Source: Candidatus Beckwithbacteria bacterium GW2011_GWC1_49_16 (GTDB lineage Bacteria; Patescibacteriota; Microgenomatia; UBA1400; CG1-02-47-37). Taken from it: a stretch of DNA of 64,000 bases. The position numbers and the translations under genes are program-made. Positions 47,713-57,658 of the stretch are shown in pieces. The first letter of the stretch is position 1, and each line of letters begins with the position of its first letter. The stretch is taken from the NCBI GenBank assembly GCA_001029675.1, contig CP011210.1, forward strand, positions 645,663 through 709,662. Reading direction: 5' to 3'. Under the pieces are notes generated by a model. It made no database searches, was not told the DNA's origin, and worked only from the letters and a program-made list of their open reading frames with translations.

Positions 47713-48402
47713 TTAGCTTAGATTTTTAATGGCCTCTTGATAAGATTCAGGTGAGCCAATATCGATAAAAGATTTTTTAATGGGGAAAAGTCCAACTGGT
47801 TGATTTCGTTTCAAAAGCAGGGGGATGGTTTCTTTTTCTAATGACACCCTGGAGGCGGCGGGGATGAACTTAAAAATCCTCGGAGAAACGGCATAGACGC
47901 CGGTGTTTCTGAAACTGCCAACTGGGGTTTTACTATCGGGGTTGGCGATGAAATTAATAATTCTGTTTTGTCTGGATAAGATCAAACCGCCTTTATGTTT
48001 GTGTTTGGTGGTACCGACGACAGTTAAAATACTCTCCGAGTCTTGGTGAGTTTTAAGAAGTTTTTGGTAGTCGATGTCAAGATAGGTATCACCGTTTATA
48101 AGTAAAAAATCGTCTTTAAAAAATCTTTGGGCGTTTTTGAGGCTGCCGGCTGTCCCTAAAGGCCGATTGTCTTCGGAGAACTTTAAGTTCATCCCTTCGT
48201 CGTTTTGGGTAAATTCGTCGATGATGTAATGGGCCAAATAGCCGACGGAAATGATGACGGCATCAACACCTCTTTTTTTTAGTAACCTTGTCAAAAGGCG
48301 GAGGAAAGGTTCCCCGCTTACGGGAGCCAAATGTTTGGGGCGACCGTGAACTATTTCTCGTAGCCTAACGCCGAAGCCGCCGGCCAGAATTAGTGCTTTC
48401 AT
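47713..48402 (-). CDS. Sugar-1-phosphate nucleotidyltransferase (HddC-like D-glycero-alpha-D-manno-heptose-1-phosphate guanylyltransferase candidate).
   Basis: It has the MKALILAGGFGVRL G-loop and lies adjacent to gmhA. Confidence 0.7.
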   Translation of the reverse strand: MKALILAGGFGVRLREIVHGRPKHLAPVSGEPFLRLLTRLLKKRGVDAVIISVGYLAHYIIDEFTQNDEGMNLKFSEDNRPLGTAGSLKNAQRFFKDDFLLINGDTYLDIDYQKLLKTHQDSESILTVVGTTKHKHKGGLILSRQNRIINFIANPDSKTPVGSFRNTGVYAVSPRIFKFIPAASRVSLEKETIPLLLKRNQPVGLFPIKKSFIDIGSPESYQEAIKNLS

Positions 48403-49262
48403 AATTTTTCACTTGGCCTATAAGTTAATTTGCGCCAGATGGCCCAGAAAAAAGCGACTAAAAACAGGCCTTGGCTCCTTAGAGTAGTGATAGTCAAATG
48501 ATACGGCAGCCAGAGGAAATGTTCAACTAACCGGCGGCCGCGAATATTATTCCAGACAAAAATCAACTGGTTTCTGTAGGCCATGGTGGAAAGGCGTTTT
48601 TGGCCGAAAACCGAGATGTTGGTGGTTTCGTGGTTGTGGAAGACCCGGGAGCGGGGCTCAAAGAGAATTCTAAAACCTTGCTGGCGCGCGCGCCAAGAAA
48701 GGTCGATATCTTCCCAGTAGGCCGGGGCGTAGATGGTATCAAAGCCGGAAAGATCCATAAACTTTTTTCTGTCTAAGGCCATGGAGCCGCCGGTGCCCCA
48801 GCAGTTTAATGCCGGTTTTTTGAAGTTTACAATCGGGGCGGCGGCGTGGTTTAAAAAACCGCGCTCAAACCAACAGCGGTTTTTGCCGGAAAAACTTTTT
48901 TTGCCCAAGGCGAACTGAATTTCAAGACACGAAACGGCAAAAACTTTTTTATCTTTGTTAAAGTGGGTCAAAAGCGGCTTTAAAAAACCCTTTTTGGGAG
49001 CGACGTCGGAATTAAGCAAGACGACGACGTCACCGGAGGCGGCGGCGGCGCCGGCATTACAAGTGGCGGCAAAGCGCAGGTTTTTCTGGTTGACCACCAC
49101 TTTGACGCGGGGGAAATTTTTTTTAAGAAACTTGACCGTGTCGTCGGGTGAGGCGTCGTCGGCGACGATAATTTCGCAGCCGGGACAGGCCTTCAAAACC
49201 TGGGACAAATTATCTACTAAGGGGTGTTTTTTGTAGTTAGGGATGACGACGGAGACTTTCAT
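48399..49262 (-). CDS. GT2 glycosyltransferase.
   Basis: It has the VSVVIPNYK, IVADDASPDDT and NSD motifs. Confidence 0.75.
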   Translation of the reverse strand: MKVSVVIPNYKKHPLVDNLSQVLKACPGCEIIVADDASPDDTVKFLKKNFPRVKVVVNQKNLRFAATCNAGAAAASGDVVVLLNSDVAPKKGFLKPLLTHFNKDKKVFAVSCLEIQFALGKKSFSGKNRCWFERGFLNHAAAPIVNFKKPALNCWGTGGSMALDRKKFMDLSGFDTIYAPAYWEDIDLSWRARQQGFRILFEPRSRVFHNHETTNISVFGQKRLSTMAYRNQLIFVWNNIRGRRLVEHFLWLPYHLTITTLRSQGLFLVAFFWAIWRKLTYRPSEKL

Positions 49263-50359
49263 AGTTGGAAGATCTTTCTGGTCTCCCGACAGAACTTGGC
49301 TTTAGAAAAATCCCGAGATCGCTTTTGGGCCTGGCGGGAAAGCTTGGTCCATAAACGGTGGTTATCGATCAACGCTAAAGTTTTTCTGATTAATTCCGAT
49401 TGGGAATCCCAAAGCAGGCCGTTGACGGTGTGGCTGACGATTTCCGGCTGGCCGCCTTTGGCAATCACCACCGGAACACAACCGGCTGCCATTGCCTCGA
49501 CGGTAGAGAGCCCTAAGTGCTCTACGGCTTGGGGGTTTTTAGTTTGGTCTAAACCGAACCCGGTGGCGTGCCAATATATTGAAGCTTGACCGTAGTTTTT
49601 TTGTAGAGTTTTAAAACTGCCTTGGGTGTGGAAAGTTACCGGCAACCCTAAAGCCAACCGTTTGACTTTTTTTAAGTAGTTTAAATTGTCCCGACCCGGG
49701 TCGACTGGCCCGTTGAAAACCAGGCGCCAGCCGGTTAAACCAGCAGCAGACATTTTTTTAAAAGTTTTAACCATAAAGTCCTGGCGCTTGCAGTGTTTGT
49801 TGCCCCGGGGCGAAAAAAAGCGGCCGACGTTTAAGATAATTTTCTTTTTGGGCAAGGGCTTGAAGTCTTTAGGGTCGACTGCACCCAAGTGGACGTGGTC
49901 GATTTTGATCTTCCAAATTCTTTCCAGGGCCTTTTGGGTAAATCGGGAGTTGGCTACCTTGACCTGCCAGCTGGCTAGTTTCAAGCGCTGAAAAAACCGA
50001 GGCGGCTTTCTAAAAGGAATCATAAAGTGGACCACATTTAGCTTGGCTCGCGAAACAAAAAAGCTGCCGTCGGTCATGTAATAGAAAACGTCGTAGGCTT
50101 TGGTGAAGGCGGCCCGCTGGCGGGCCGAGGCCTGAGGAGAAAATGGCCCCAAGACCAGGTGTAAATTTTTTAAATTAAGGTTAAAACCTTTGACAAAGTG
50201 GTTTTTGAGTTTGTTGAGGTCGCCGGGGTTGACTTTATCCGGGGACAAAACCAGATCGACCTGGTGGCGGGCAAGCAAACACTCGGCCACGGTGAGAAGA
50301 TATCTTTCTCCGCCGCCGATGTTGTCGGCCAAAAAAGGGCTATAAAGAGCGATCTTCAT
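49259..50359 (-). CDS. GT4/GT-B glycosyltransferase.
   Basis: It has the N-terminal MKIALYSPFLADNIGGGERY and C-terminal STVEAMAAGCVPVV. Confidence 0.7.
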   Translation of the reverse strand: MKIALYSPFLADNIGGGERYLLTVAECLLARHQVDLVLSPDKVNPGDLNKLKNHFVKGFNLNLKNLHLVLGPFSPQASARQRAAFTKAYDVFYYMTDGSFFVSRAKLNVVHFMIPFRKPPRFFQRLKLASWQVKVANSRFTQKALERIWKIKIDHVHLGAVDPKDFKPLPKKKIILNVGRFFSPRGNKHCKRQDFMVKTFKKMSAAGLTGWRLVFNGPVDPGRDNLNYLKKVKRLALGLPVTFHTQGSFKTLQKNYGQASIYWHATGFGLDQTKNPQAVEHLGLSTVEAMAAGCVPVVIAKGGQPEIVSHTVNGLLWDSQSELIRKTLALIDNHRLWTKLSRQAQKRSRDFSKAKFCRETRKIFQL

Positions 50360-51098
50360 GCTGTAGTTCCCAAAGCTGTTGGTAGATAAAAAATTTATTT
50401 GTCGCTTGGGTGACGGCTTCGACCAGGCCGACGTAACCGTCGCGCCAGCCGGTTAGTTTTATATAGCGGTAGAAAAATTCCGCCACCATAACTTTAATCA
50501 ATCTTAGTCCGGTCACCGGCGGGTGGCCGGAGGCAAAAAGTGCTTGGGCTTCCAAACCGGTCCAGAGGATTGATTTTCTGAGGCCAAAGCTGACGCGGCG
50601 GTTGGGACGATGAATCAAAGGATGGGTTAAAGAGCCTAAAGTCCCCTTAAAACGGTAGTCTTCGTGGGTAGCGCCAAAGACACCTTTAAAGTCGTGACTC
50701 AAAAACAACCTGGTCTGCCAGTCGGGCCAATAGCCGCTGTGTCGCATCAGCCGACCCAAAAAGTAGTTTTGCCTTCTAAGCCTAAAAGCGCTATGAGAAG
50801 TTAATTTTATAGTTTTTTTTATCTCGCGGGCAAGTTGAACAGAGATGGTTTCATCGGCGTCAAGAAACATGAGCCAAGCAGCCGAAGCTTTTTTAGCACC
50901 AAAATTTCTCTGGGCGGCAAAAGTGGTTAGTTTATGGGCGTAAATTTTGGCGCCTGACTTCCGGGCCAGGCTAGCGGTTTTGTCTGTCGAAAAGTCATCG
51001 ATGACGATAATCTCGTCGGCTAGCAGGCGAGCCGACTTGAGGCAGGCCGGCAAAACATCTTGGTTGTTTTTGGTGATAACGATAAGACTAAGCTTCAT
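50340..51098 (-). CDS. GT2 glycosyltransferase (WaaE/KdtX-like). It is a paralog of 25560..26336.
   Basis: It has the LSLIVITKNNQDVL, IVIDDFSTDKT and DADE motifs. Confidence 0.75.
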   Translation of the reverse strand: MKLSLIVITKNNQDVLPACLKSARLLADEIIVIDDFSTDKTASLARKSGAKIYAHKLTTFAAQRNFGAKKASAAWLMFLDADETISVQLAREIKKTIKLTSHSAFRLRRQNYFLGRLMRHSGYWPDWQTRLFLSHDFKGVFGATHEDYRFKGTLGSLTHPLIHRPNRRVSFGLRKSILWTGLEAQALFASGHPPVTGLRLIKVMVAEFFYRYIKLTGWRDGYVGLVEAVTQATNKFFIYQQLWELQHEDRSL

Positions 51099-51099
51099 T

Positions 51100-52017
51100 T
51101 TAAAAATGGCCTTTGCCCTTTCTACCTAAATAATAGTCGATGATCCCCCGTTTTTCACCCGGACGGGCGGTGAAGATTTTTTTAAGGCTTTCCTTTAAAA
51201 GGGCCAGTTTGGTTCGCAGCGATGCATACTGGTAGCCGAATTTTAAACGGTTGCGGCTTAAATAATAGTCGTGGAGCTTTGAGCCGGACCCGGAGCTGCC
51301 GGAACTCAAGTGCCAGATTTTGGCTTTAGGTTGGTAGATGAGTTTGAAGCCGGCGCGCTTGGCTCTTTGGGAAAAATCGCCGTCTTCCCAGTAGAGAAAA
51401 TAGCTTTCATCAAGCAGGCCTATGGCTTGAAAGACTTTTCTTTTAATCAGCACGCAAGCAAAGTTAGCCAGTTCCACCTTTTTTGACTGGTCAAACTGGC
51501 CGGTGTCGACTTGGTCCATGCCGTAATGAACCCCGTAGACGTTGTCCCAATCGATATCGCCCCCGGCGTACCAAATGACTTTGCCGCGGTCTTGGGGCCG
51601 GTATCTGTCTTTATGGTACTCGTAACCCTTGGCAAAATAGATTTTAGGGACAACCAGGTCTGCCCCTTTTTGGGCGGCTTTGACTAAATGGAGTAAAAAA
51701 TCCGGGTCGACGATGACGTCGTTGTTTAAAAGCAAAAAATAATCAAAGCCGTGGTTTAAACCGTATTTAATGCCTAAGTTGTTGCCGCCGGCAAAGCCGA
51801 GGTTTTTTAAAGTGTTGACCAGTTTGACGTTGTTGAAGCGCCTGAGGTTGCTTTTTAACCGATTGCTTTCTACCGGGCTGTTGTCGACGACGACGATTTG
51901 GTGAGAAAAACCCCGAGGCAGACTGGCCTCTTTTAAAGACCTGACTGTTTCTAACGTCATCTTGGGGTTTTGGTATTCCAAGATAACGGTGCAAAGCTTA
52001 TGGCGTTTTTTAAACAT
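51100..52017 (-). CDS. GT2 glycosyltransferase (rhamnosyltransferase-like).
   Basis: It has the CTVILEYQN, VVDNSP and NNDVIV motifs. Confidence 0.75.
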   Translation of the reverse strand: MFKKRHKLCTVILEYQNPKMTLETVRSLKEASLPRGFSHQIVVVDNSPVESNRLKSNLRRFNNVKLVNTLKNLGFAGGNNLGIKYGLNHGFDYFLLLNNDVIVDPDFLLHLVKAAQKGADLVVPKIYFAKGYEYHKDRYRPQDRGKVIWYAGGDIDWDNVYGVHYGMDQVDTGQFDQSKKVELANFACVLIKRKVFQAIGLLDESYFLYWEDGDFSQRAKRAGFKLIYQPKAKIWHLSSGSSGSGSKLHDYYLSRNRLKFGYQYASLRTKLALLKESLKKIFTARPGEKRGIIDYYLGRKGKGHF

Positions 52018-52033
52018 GAGGCTTAATTATATG

Positions 52034-53506
52034 TCATTTTCTAATTTTGGTTAAAAACCAATGGTAATCGGCTGTCAGCTGGCGCCGGTCGAAAACCAAA
52101 AGCAAGCCCAAATAGACCAGGCCGCCGGCAAAAAGGACTAAGCTTAAGCTAAAGAGGCTTTGGGCCAAGGGGGCGAGCTTGGCGGTGACAAAACCGGCAA
52201 TGGTGGCGGCGGCAAAGAAAGGGGCAATGTTGCGGGTGACGGTGACCGGGACAATGGTCTTGATATAGTACCAAGTCAAAGGCAACGAAACATAGAGGAC
52301 GATGACCGAGCCGACCATGGCGCCGATAAAACCGTAGGCATAAACCAAAGGCACGCTGGTGCCCCAGTTTATTAGGGTGAAGATGATCAGCAGCTTGATG
52401 GCGATTTTGGTTTTACCCATCGCCCAGAAAGAGTCCATGAAGGTATTGGCGACACCGACGACCAGGATGCCGAAAAGATGAACGTAGAAAGCGGGCAGGG
52501 CGGGCAGCCATTTGTCGGTGAAAATCAGGCTGACGATGGGGCGGGCGGCGGCGGCCAGCAAAAATACGGCCGGAAACAAAAACAGGTTGGTAAAGCGGAT
52601 AGTTTTTTCTATGGCTGAACCTAAAAGCTTTTTGTCGTGCTGGATCCTGGAATAGGTGGGGAAAGTGACCCGGAAGATATCGCTCATAAACAGAATCGGC
52701 AGTTTGGAAAAAGTTAAAGCCCAGTTTAAGTAGCCAACTGCCGTTGCGCCGGAAACGGCGCCGACAAAAATGGGCATGACGGCGTCTTTGATGGTGGCGA
52801 TAAAGCCGTTTAGCTGGAAGGGAACGCCGAAGGAAATAAGCTTTCTGGCGCGAGTTCTATCCCAAGCGAAACTAATTTTCCAAGGAGAGATCAAGTACAA
52901 AGTGATGGTACCAAGCAGGCTTCTGATTAGTAACCCCACAATAAAGCTCCAGACGCCATAGCCCGCCCAGGCCATGCCGACGGCGATAAACTGAAAGGAA
53001 ATGACTTCGATGACCTCGGGAATAACTAGCCGCCCAAACTGCAAACGCCGCTCTAAAAGAATCGAGGGAATGGTTTTTAAAGAAGTCAAAAAGAGCGACA
53101 AGGAAAATATTCTAATCAGCCAAGCACCATCGGATCCTAAGTTGTATTTGGCGGCAAAGAAAGGGGCAGACAAGAAGATGGCGACAACGGTTAAAACCAC
53201 AAACAGCTGCTGGAGGGTAAAAGTGACGGCCAGGTCTTTTTGGTTAAGCTTATCTTTTTTCTGGATTAAAGCCGCACCCAGGCCGACGTCGGAGAAAAAA
53301 GCAAAAAAGGTGATGATAAAGTTGACGATGGCAAAAACGCCGAAGATTTCCGGGGTGAGTAACCGCGCTAAGAAAATGCTACCCAAATAGCTGACGGCCC
53401 GTAAGGCAAATTTTCTTAAAGTCAGAACCATGACGCCGGAGACGGCTCTATGGGCGATGACTTCAGGAGTTAATTCTGACTGGCTCTCAAAAATTTCTTG
53501 ACTCAT
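52034..53506 (-). CDS. Wzx-like oligosaccharide flippase (MOP superfamily).
   Basis: It is 490 aa, with about 12 to 14 TM segments and a Wzx-like N-terminal region. Confidence 0.65.
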   Translation of the reverse strand: MSQEIFESQSELTPEVIAHRAVSGVMVLTLRKFALRAVSYLGSIFLARLLTPEIFGVFAIVNFIITFFAFFSDVGLGAALIQKKDKLNQKDLAVTFTLQQLFVVLTVVAIFLSAPFFAAKYNLGSDGAWLIRIFSLSLFLTSLKTIPSILLERRLQFGRLVIPEVIEVISFQFIAVGMAWAGYGVWSFIVGLLIRSLLGTITLYLISPWKISFAWDRTRARKLISFGVPFQLNGFIATIKDAVMPIFVGAVSGATAVGYLNWALTFSKLPILFMSDIFRVTFPTYSRIQHDKKLLGSAIEKTIRFTNLFLFPAVFLLAAAARPIVSLIFTDKWLPALPAFYVHLFGILVVGVANTFMDSFWAMGKTKIAIKLLIIFTLINWGTSVPLVYAYGFIGAMVGSVIVLYVSLPLTWYYIKTIVPVTVTRNIAPFFAAATIAGFVTAKLAPLAQSLFSLSLVLFAGGLVYLGLLLVFDRRQLTADYHWFLTKIRK

Positions 53507-55100
53507 AGCGGGGATAAAAATAAATGACAGCCAAAGTTATCAGGCCGACGAGTGAAATTATATTGCTTGTCCGGTTAACGCCTGTCTCCTGCCAAAAAAG
53601 TTTAACTTGGTTTTCTCCGGCCGGAAGGCGACAGCGGTAGGTAAAGTTGTCAACATAACAGTCAGCGAGCTGGCCGTTAATGGTAACGCGCCAGTTGGGA
53701 AAAACAAAACGGTTGAGGCTGACCGTGGTCGGTTCGAAGTTTTTGACGGTTAAGCTCAATTCGTCGGTGGTGTCTTTGGTAATTGCCAATTTGGCTTCGG
53801 GGTTGTCGGCGGCAGCGGGAGCGCTAATCGGAGTAAGTTTGGCCCAGTCGACACCTGGGGGTAAATAATCGGGAATGACGCCGCCCATCGAGTTGACGAT
53901 CGACTCGGCGCTGGGGCGGTAGAGGTCAACGGCAGGAATCAGCTCGCTGGGCCGGAAAAAACGGCCGTTTAAAATTATTACCAGTCCCAGACCCCAAGGC
54001 AGATAGCGACGGCTGGCCGGTAAAAAAGCGACAAAGGCGGTAAGCAAACTCAAAAAGAAAGTGGCCACGCCCAAAAACCGCCAGGGAAACTGAATGAACT
54101 CGACTAAGGGCAGACGCTGCCATAAAAATTGTGATTTAAAGTTGGTAGCAAAAAGGGCGGCCAAGGTCAAAAAGGCTATCAACGAGGCCAAGTTAAATTT
54201 GCGCCGGCTAAAGAAACTTGCCAGCCCGCCAACGGCGGCCAGGAAAATAATGTCCCAGCCCAAATAAAAAGACATATCGTCGTTTAAACCCAAGACCGAG
54301 CCGCCATATTTAAAATTCTCGACAAACAGTTGCCTGAAATAGATAAAGTGAAGTTGAAACTGGCTGAAGCCGCCGGTGATTTCAGCCACCCGGGTAAAAC
54401 CTTTTTGCAAAAAGGCCGGGCCGAGGAAAAAGGCGGCGATGACCCCGGCGTGGACCAAGGCTGAAAAGGCGAGCAGAAGTTTTTTGGGGGTTTTGCTGAT
54501 CAAATTGTAGCCGACGACAAAAACCAGCCAGAAAGGTAAAAAAGTCAAGACGGTGACGTTGTGGGATAGAAGCAGGCCGACTAGTGCCAAGGTTAACCCC
54601 AAATAACGGGGTCGGAGAGAATAGTAAACAATCCAGGGCATGAAAGCGGTGGCCCAGTATTCGGCTAAAGCGCCGCGAACGAAGAGGTTGACAGCGTGGT
54701 AAGGAGCCAAGGTGAAAGTAACGGCGGCGATTAAACCCCCGGTGGTATTAGTCAGTTTTCGGCCTAAAAGATAGGCTCCGGCAAACCCCAAAGCAGTGGC
54801 GGCAATCCAGGAAAGTTTGAGGCTGGCTAAAATAGAAAAGCCAGCCAGGTGGAAAATTTCGGCAACATAAAAGGACAACGGCGCATAAAACTCAAACAAG
54901 GGCATGCCGGAGCCGAAACCAAAGTTTTTGGCCCAGCGTGGGGGCAGGTGGCCGTCAAGCACGGCCTGATGGAGGTCAAAAAGCCTGGCGCCAGTAGAAA
55001 AGTCGTGAACCGGAAAGAACCGGCTGTTAACCAACCAGAAAACCGCCACCAAAACCGTGATCAAGCCAACAAAAACCGGTAAGCTTAAAAAGCGTTTCAT
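53487..55100 (-). CDS. Large polytopic membrane protein, paralog of 22894..24564 (putative GT-C).
   Basis: It has an N-terminal TM segment followed by FPVHDFSTGARLFDL, with the same architecture as 22894..24564. Confidence 0.45.
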   Translation of the reverse strand: MKRFLSLPVFVGLITVLVAVFWLVNSRFFPVHDFSTGARLFDLHQAVLDGHLPPRWAKNFGFGSGMPLFEFYAPLSFYVAEIFHLAGFSILASLKLSWIAATALGFAGAYLLGRKLTNTTGGLIAAVTFTLAPYHAVNLFVRGALAEYWATAFMPWIVYYSLRPRYLGLTLALVGLLLSHNVTVLTFLPFWLVFVVGYNLISKTPKKLLLAFSALVHAGVIAAFFLGPAFLQKGFTRVAEITGGFSQFQLHFIYFRQLFVENFKYGGSVLGLNDDMSFYLGWDIIFLAAVGGLASFFSRRKFNLASLIAFLTLAALFATNFKSQFLWQRLPLVEFIQFPWRFLGVATFFLSLLTAFVAFLPASRRYLPWGLGLVIILNGRFFRPSELIPAVDLYRPSAESIVNSMGGVIPDYLPPGVDWAKLTPISAPAAADNPEAKLAITKDTTDELSLTVKNFEPTTVSLNRFVFPNWRVTINGQLADCYVDNFTYRCRLPAGENQVKLFWQETGVNRTSNIISLVGLITLAVIYFYPRYESRNF

Positions 55101-56509
55101 TTGAGTTCAAAAACCTCCAAGGGCGGGGCGGTTAATTTTTTGGGGTAGCTTTTGACGAGGGTGTAGCTCTGGCGGAACTGGTCGCCCACCCGGTGGTGGT
55201 TGCCGATATAGTAGACTTTGTCGGCGGTGGTAGTAGCTAGCTCGCGCTTCAAGTTGTCCGAGTCGGTGGAACCGACCCCGATTATTTCCAGGTTTTTGGG
55301 GAAACGGCGATGAAGAGTAACAAACAGCCCGTCCGGTAGGGTGCCAAAGTAGCCTTCGGTCAAAACTTTGACTTTCTTATCTTGAGATTGATCAATAAAA
55401 AAGTCTGCCGCTTCTTTGATGCCGTAACCCGAAGACCATTCTTCAAGATACTGATTACTGTCTATGGAGGCCAGGTAGGCGGTGTTGGGGTCAAACTGCA
55501 ACCGCTGGTTAAAAGTAAAGGTAATGCCGATAAAGACGGCGGCGGCTAAAATCACTTGGTCCCGCTGTAAATTTCTTAGGGCGTAAGCGGCTAAGACGGG
55601 CAAGATTAGACCTAAGGGTAAAAAATAGCGGGAAGCCAGTAACTTACCCAGTAAAATTACCGGGGCGGTAAACATGGCCGCGGCAAGACTCAAGTTGACT
55701 ACCAGGGCGTTTTTAGCTTTTATGCCTTGATAGGCGCCAGAGACAGCCAAAAGCAAAATCGGCCAAGGCAGGTAGAGCCAAAGCCAGGTAACGGCAGTTT
55801 TAATATTAAGCCAAATGTGATCGGTAGAACCGGATAAAACTTGACTTAGGGGTACGGTGAAGTCGCGGGAACGGAAAAAAAGATCGGGAAACCAGACCGA
55901 AACCTTAAGGCTTAGAATCATCAGGGCGCCGACGGCTGAAGAGATAATCGCCGCCAATAGCTGTTTTCGATTGCGGCTTAAAACTATCCAGCTGACTAGG
56001 GGTAAAGGGAGAAAAACTAAAGCCGTCGGTTTAGCCCAAAAAGCCAAGCCCAATAAAATGCCGGATAAGACTCCCCGCCAACGGCTTAATTTGTTTGACC
56101 AGGCAAAGATAGCGGCGGTGACCAGTGCCGCCATGAGCATGTCCAGAAGTGACAGCCGGGCGTGAAAGAAAATAAAGGGGGAGGCTAAAATAAAGACCAA
56201 AGACAACCAGGCCCAGCGCTTTAACCAGCGGGTGAGGCGGCCAAAGATAAACCAGGCGACCACCATCAAGCTTAAGACCGAAATCAGGCGGCCGGCAAAA
56301 AGCAGGTCGGGTGAAACTCGGGAGGCCAGGGCCGACAGCCACATGAACAAAGGCGTCTTGCCGTCGAACATGGAGATAAAGATATTTTCCTCTCCCAGCC
56401 CTACTCTTTGGGCCCAGTGAAGATAAATGGCCTCGTCGGCAAAGATGGGAAAGCTACCTAATCTGTAGGCATACCACGCCAAAGCCAAGAGCAAAATCAC
56501 AAACACCAT
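55097..56509 (-). CDS. ArnT/PMT-like GT-C glycosyltransferase.
   Basis: It has FADEAIYLHWAQ…DGKTPLFMWL (PMT_2 signature). Confidence 0.6.
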   Translation of the reverse strand: MVFVILLLALAWYAYRLGSFPIFADEAIYLHWAQRVGLGEENIFISMFDGKTPLFMWLSALASRVSPDLLFAGRLISVLSLMVVAWFIFGRLTRWLKRWAWLSLVFILASPFIFFHARLSLLDMLMAALVTAAIFAWSNKLSRWRGVLSGILLGLAFWAKPTALVFLPLPLVSWIVLSRNRKQLLAAIISSAVGALMILSLKVSVWFPDLFFRSRDFTVPLSQVLSGSTDHIWLNIKTAVTWLWLYLPWPILLLAVSGAYQGIKAKNALVVNLSLAAAMFTAPVILLGKLLASRYFLPLGLILPVLAAYALRNLQRDQVILAAAVFIGITFTFNQRLQFDPNTAYLASIDSNQYLEEWSSGYGIKEAADFFIDQSQDKKVKVLTEGYFGTLPDGLFVTLHRRFPKNLEIIGVGSTDSDNLKRELATTTADKVYYIGNHHRVGDQFRQSYTLVKSYPKKLTAPPLEVFELK

Positions 56510-56521
56510 GACTGTATTTTA

Positions 56522-57658
56522 TCATTTAACCGACTTAACCAGGGAAAGCGGTAAAGCCGCCAACCAAATCAGGTTACGGTAGAGGGAAACGGGTGAATCC
56601 CAGTGGCCGAAATAGATGTAAGGAGCGTAGCGGAAAAGGGCGCCGATAGATAAAGCGGTAAAGACGGCCAAGAGTTTACGGGAGCGGGATAAAACGGCAA
56701 AGGAGAAACTCCAGATAAAATACCAGGAATGGAGCTGGCCGGGGCGGGTGAACATGACGGCCAGAAGTAAAACGGCGGCCAGGCTTGCTATATCAAGCCT
56801 CTTGACCTTCAAGGATAAACCTTGAAGGAAGTAGAGGGGAAGAAGGACGATGGTGGCGTATTTGATCGAGGCGGAAAGAAGCAACCACAAGACGCTCCCC
56901 CACCAAGGCCGGTCAAAGAGTTTTTCGGATTTTAATAAATACCAAAAGGAAAACAGGGCCGGGGCCATCATCACCACGTCGTTGTGGCCGACTAAAAGAG
57001 TCTCGACCAAGACCAAAGGCGACAAGGCAAAAAGCCAAAACCTTTTGGGGTCTCCGGGAAAAAGTTTTTTGACCAGACGGTAAAGGATAAAAATTTGTAA
57101 GAAATAGAAAACAGCCACAAAAGCTTTCATGGCCCAGAAAGCCAGGGTGAACTTTTGGGTCAACCAAACCAGCCCCGGGACCAGCGAAACAATAGTCCAG
57201 CCGTAAGCATAGGGGGCGGGAGTATGGACGTTTTGCATAAAGCGAAGCATGGCGTCGCCGACAAACTCCGAGGCAGTGTGAATATAAGGGTTGGCTTTAT
57301 AGAGCAAGACCATCTTGGCGTTAAAAAGATAATTAAAAATGTCGTAGGAAAACATCGGGTAAGACAGGATGCCGATGACGGCGATAGGGATAAGCCATTT
57401 AAACCAAGTTTTTGGCTGAACCAAAGGTTGGCGGACGAGCTTAAAGTAAAGCCAAAACAATATAAAACTTAAAACCAAAAACAGAATCGTCGCCAGCGGG
57501 CGCTGGTAGTAGCCAAGCTTGATGGAACCGGGCCAGAAGTGATAGAGAACTAAATTTAAGTCACGGCGGGTAAAAGAATAGAGGGCGGTTAAAAACCAGA
57601 TAAAGGCAAAAGCCGACCAGTGTTGATTAAGCTTCATGTTGGCGGTAACCCCCGGCAA
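56522..57658 (-). CDS. Polytopic membrane protein of unknown family.
   Basis: It is 378 aa and hydrophobic, with 9 or more TM segments. Confidence 0.4.
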   Translation of the reverse strand: MPGVTANMKLNQHWSAFAFIWFLTALYSFTRRDLNLVLYHFWPGSIKLGYYQRPLATILFLVLSFILFWLYFKLVRQPLVQPKTWFKWLIPIAVIGILSYPMFSYDIFNYLFNAKMVLLYKANPYIHTASEFVGDAMLRFMQNVHTPAPYAYGWTIVSLVPGLVWLTQKFTLAFWAMKAFVAVFYFLQIFILYRLVKKLFPGDPKRFWLFALSPLVLVETLLVGHNDVVMMAPALFSFWYLLKSEKLFDRPWWGSVLWLLLSASIKYATIVLLPLYFLQGLSLKVKRLDIASLAAVLLLAVMFTRPGQLHSWYFIWSFSFAVLSRSRKLLAVFTALSIGALFRYAPYIYFGHWDSPVSLYRNLIWLAALPLSLVKSVK

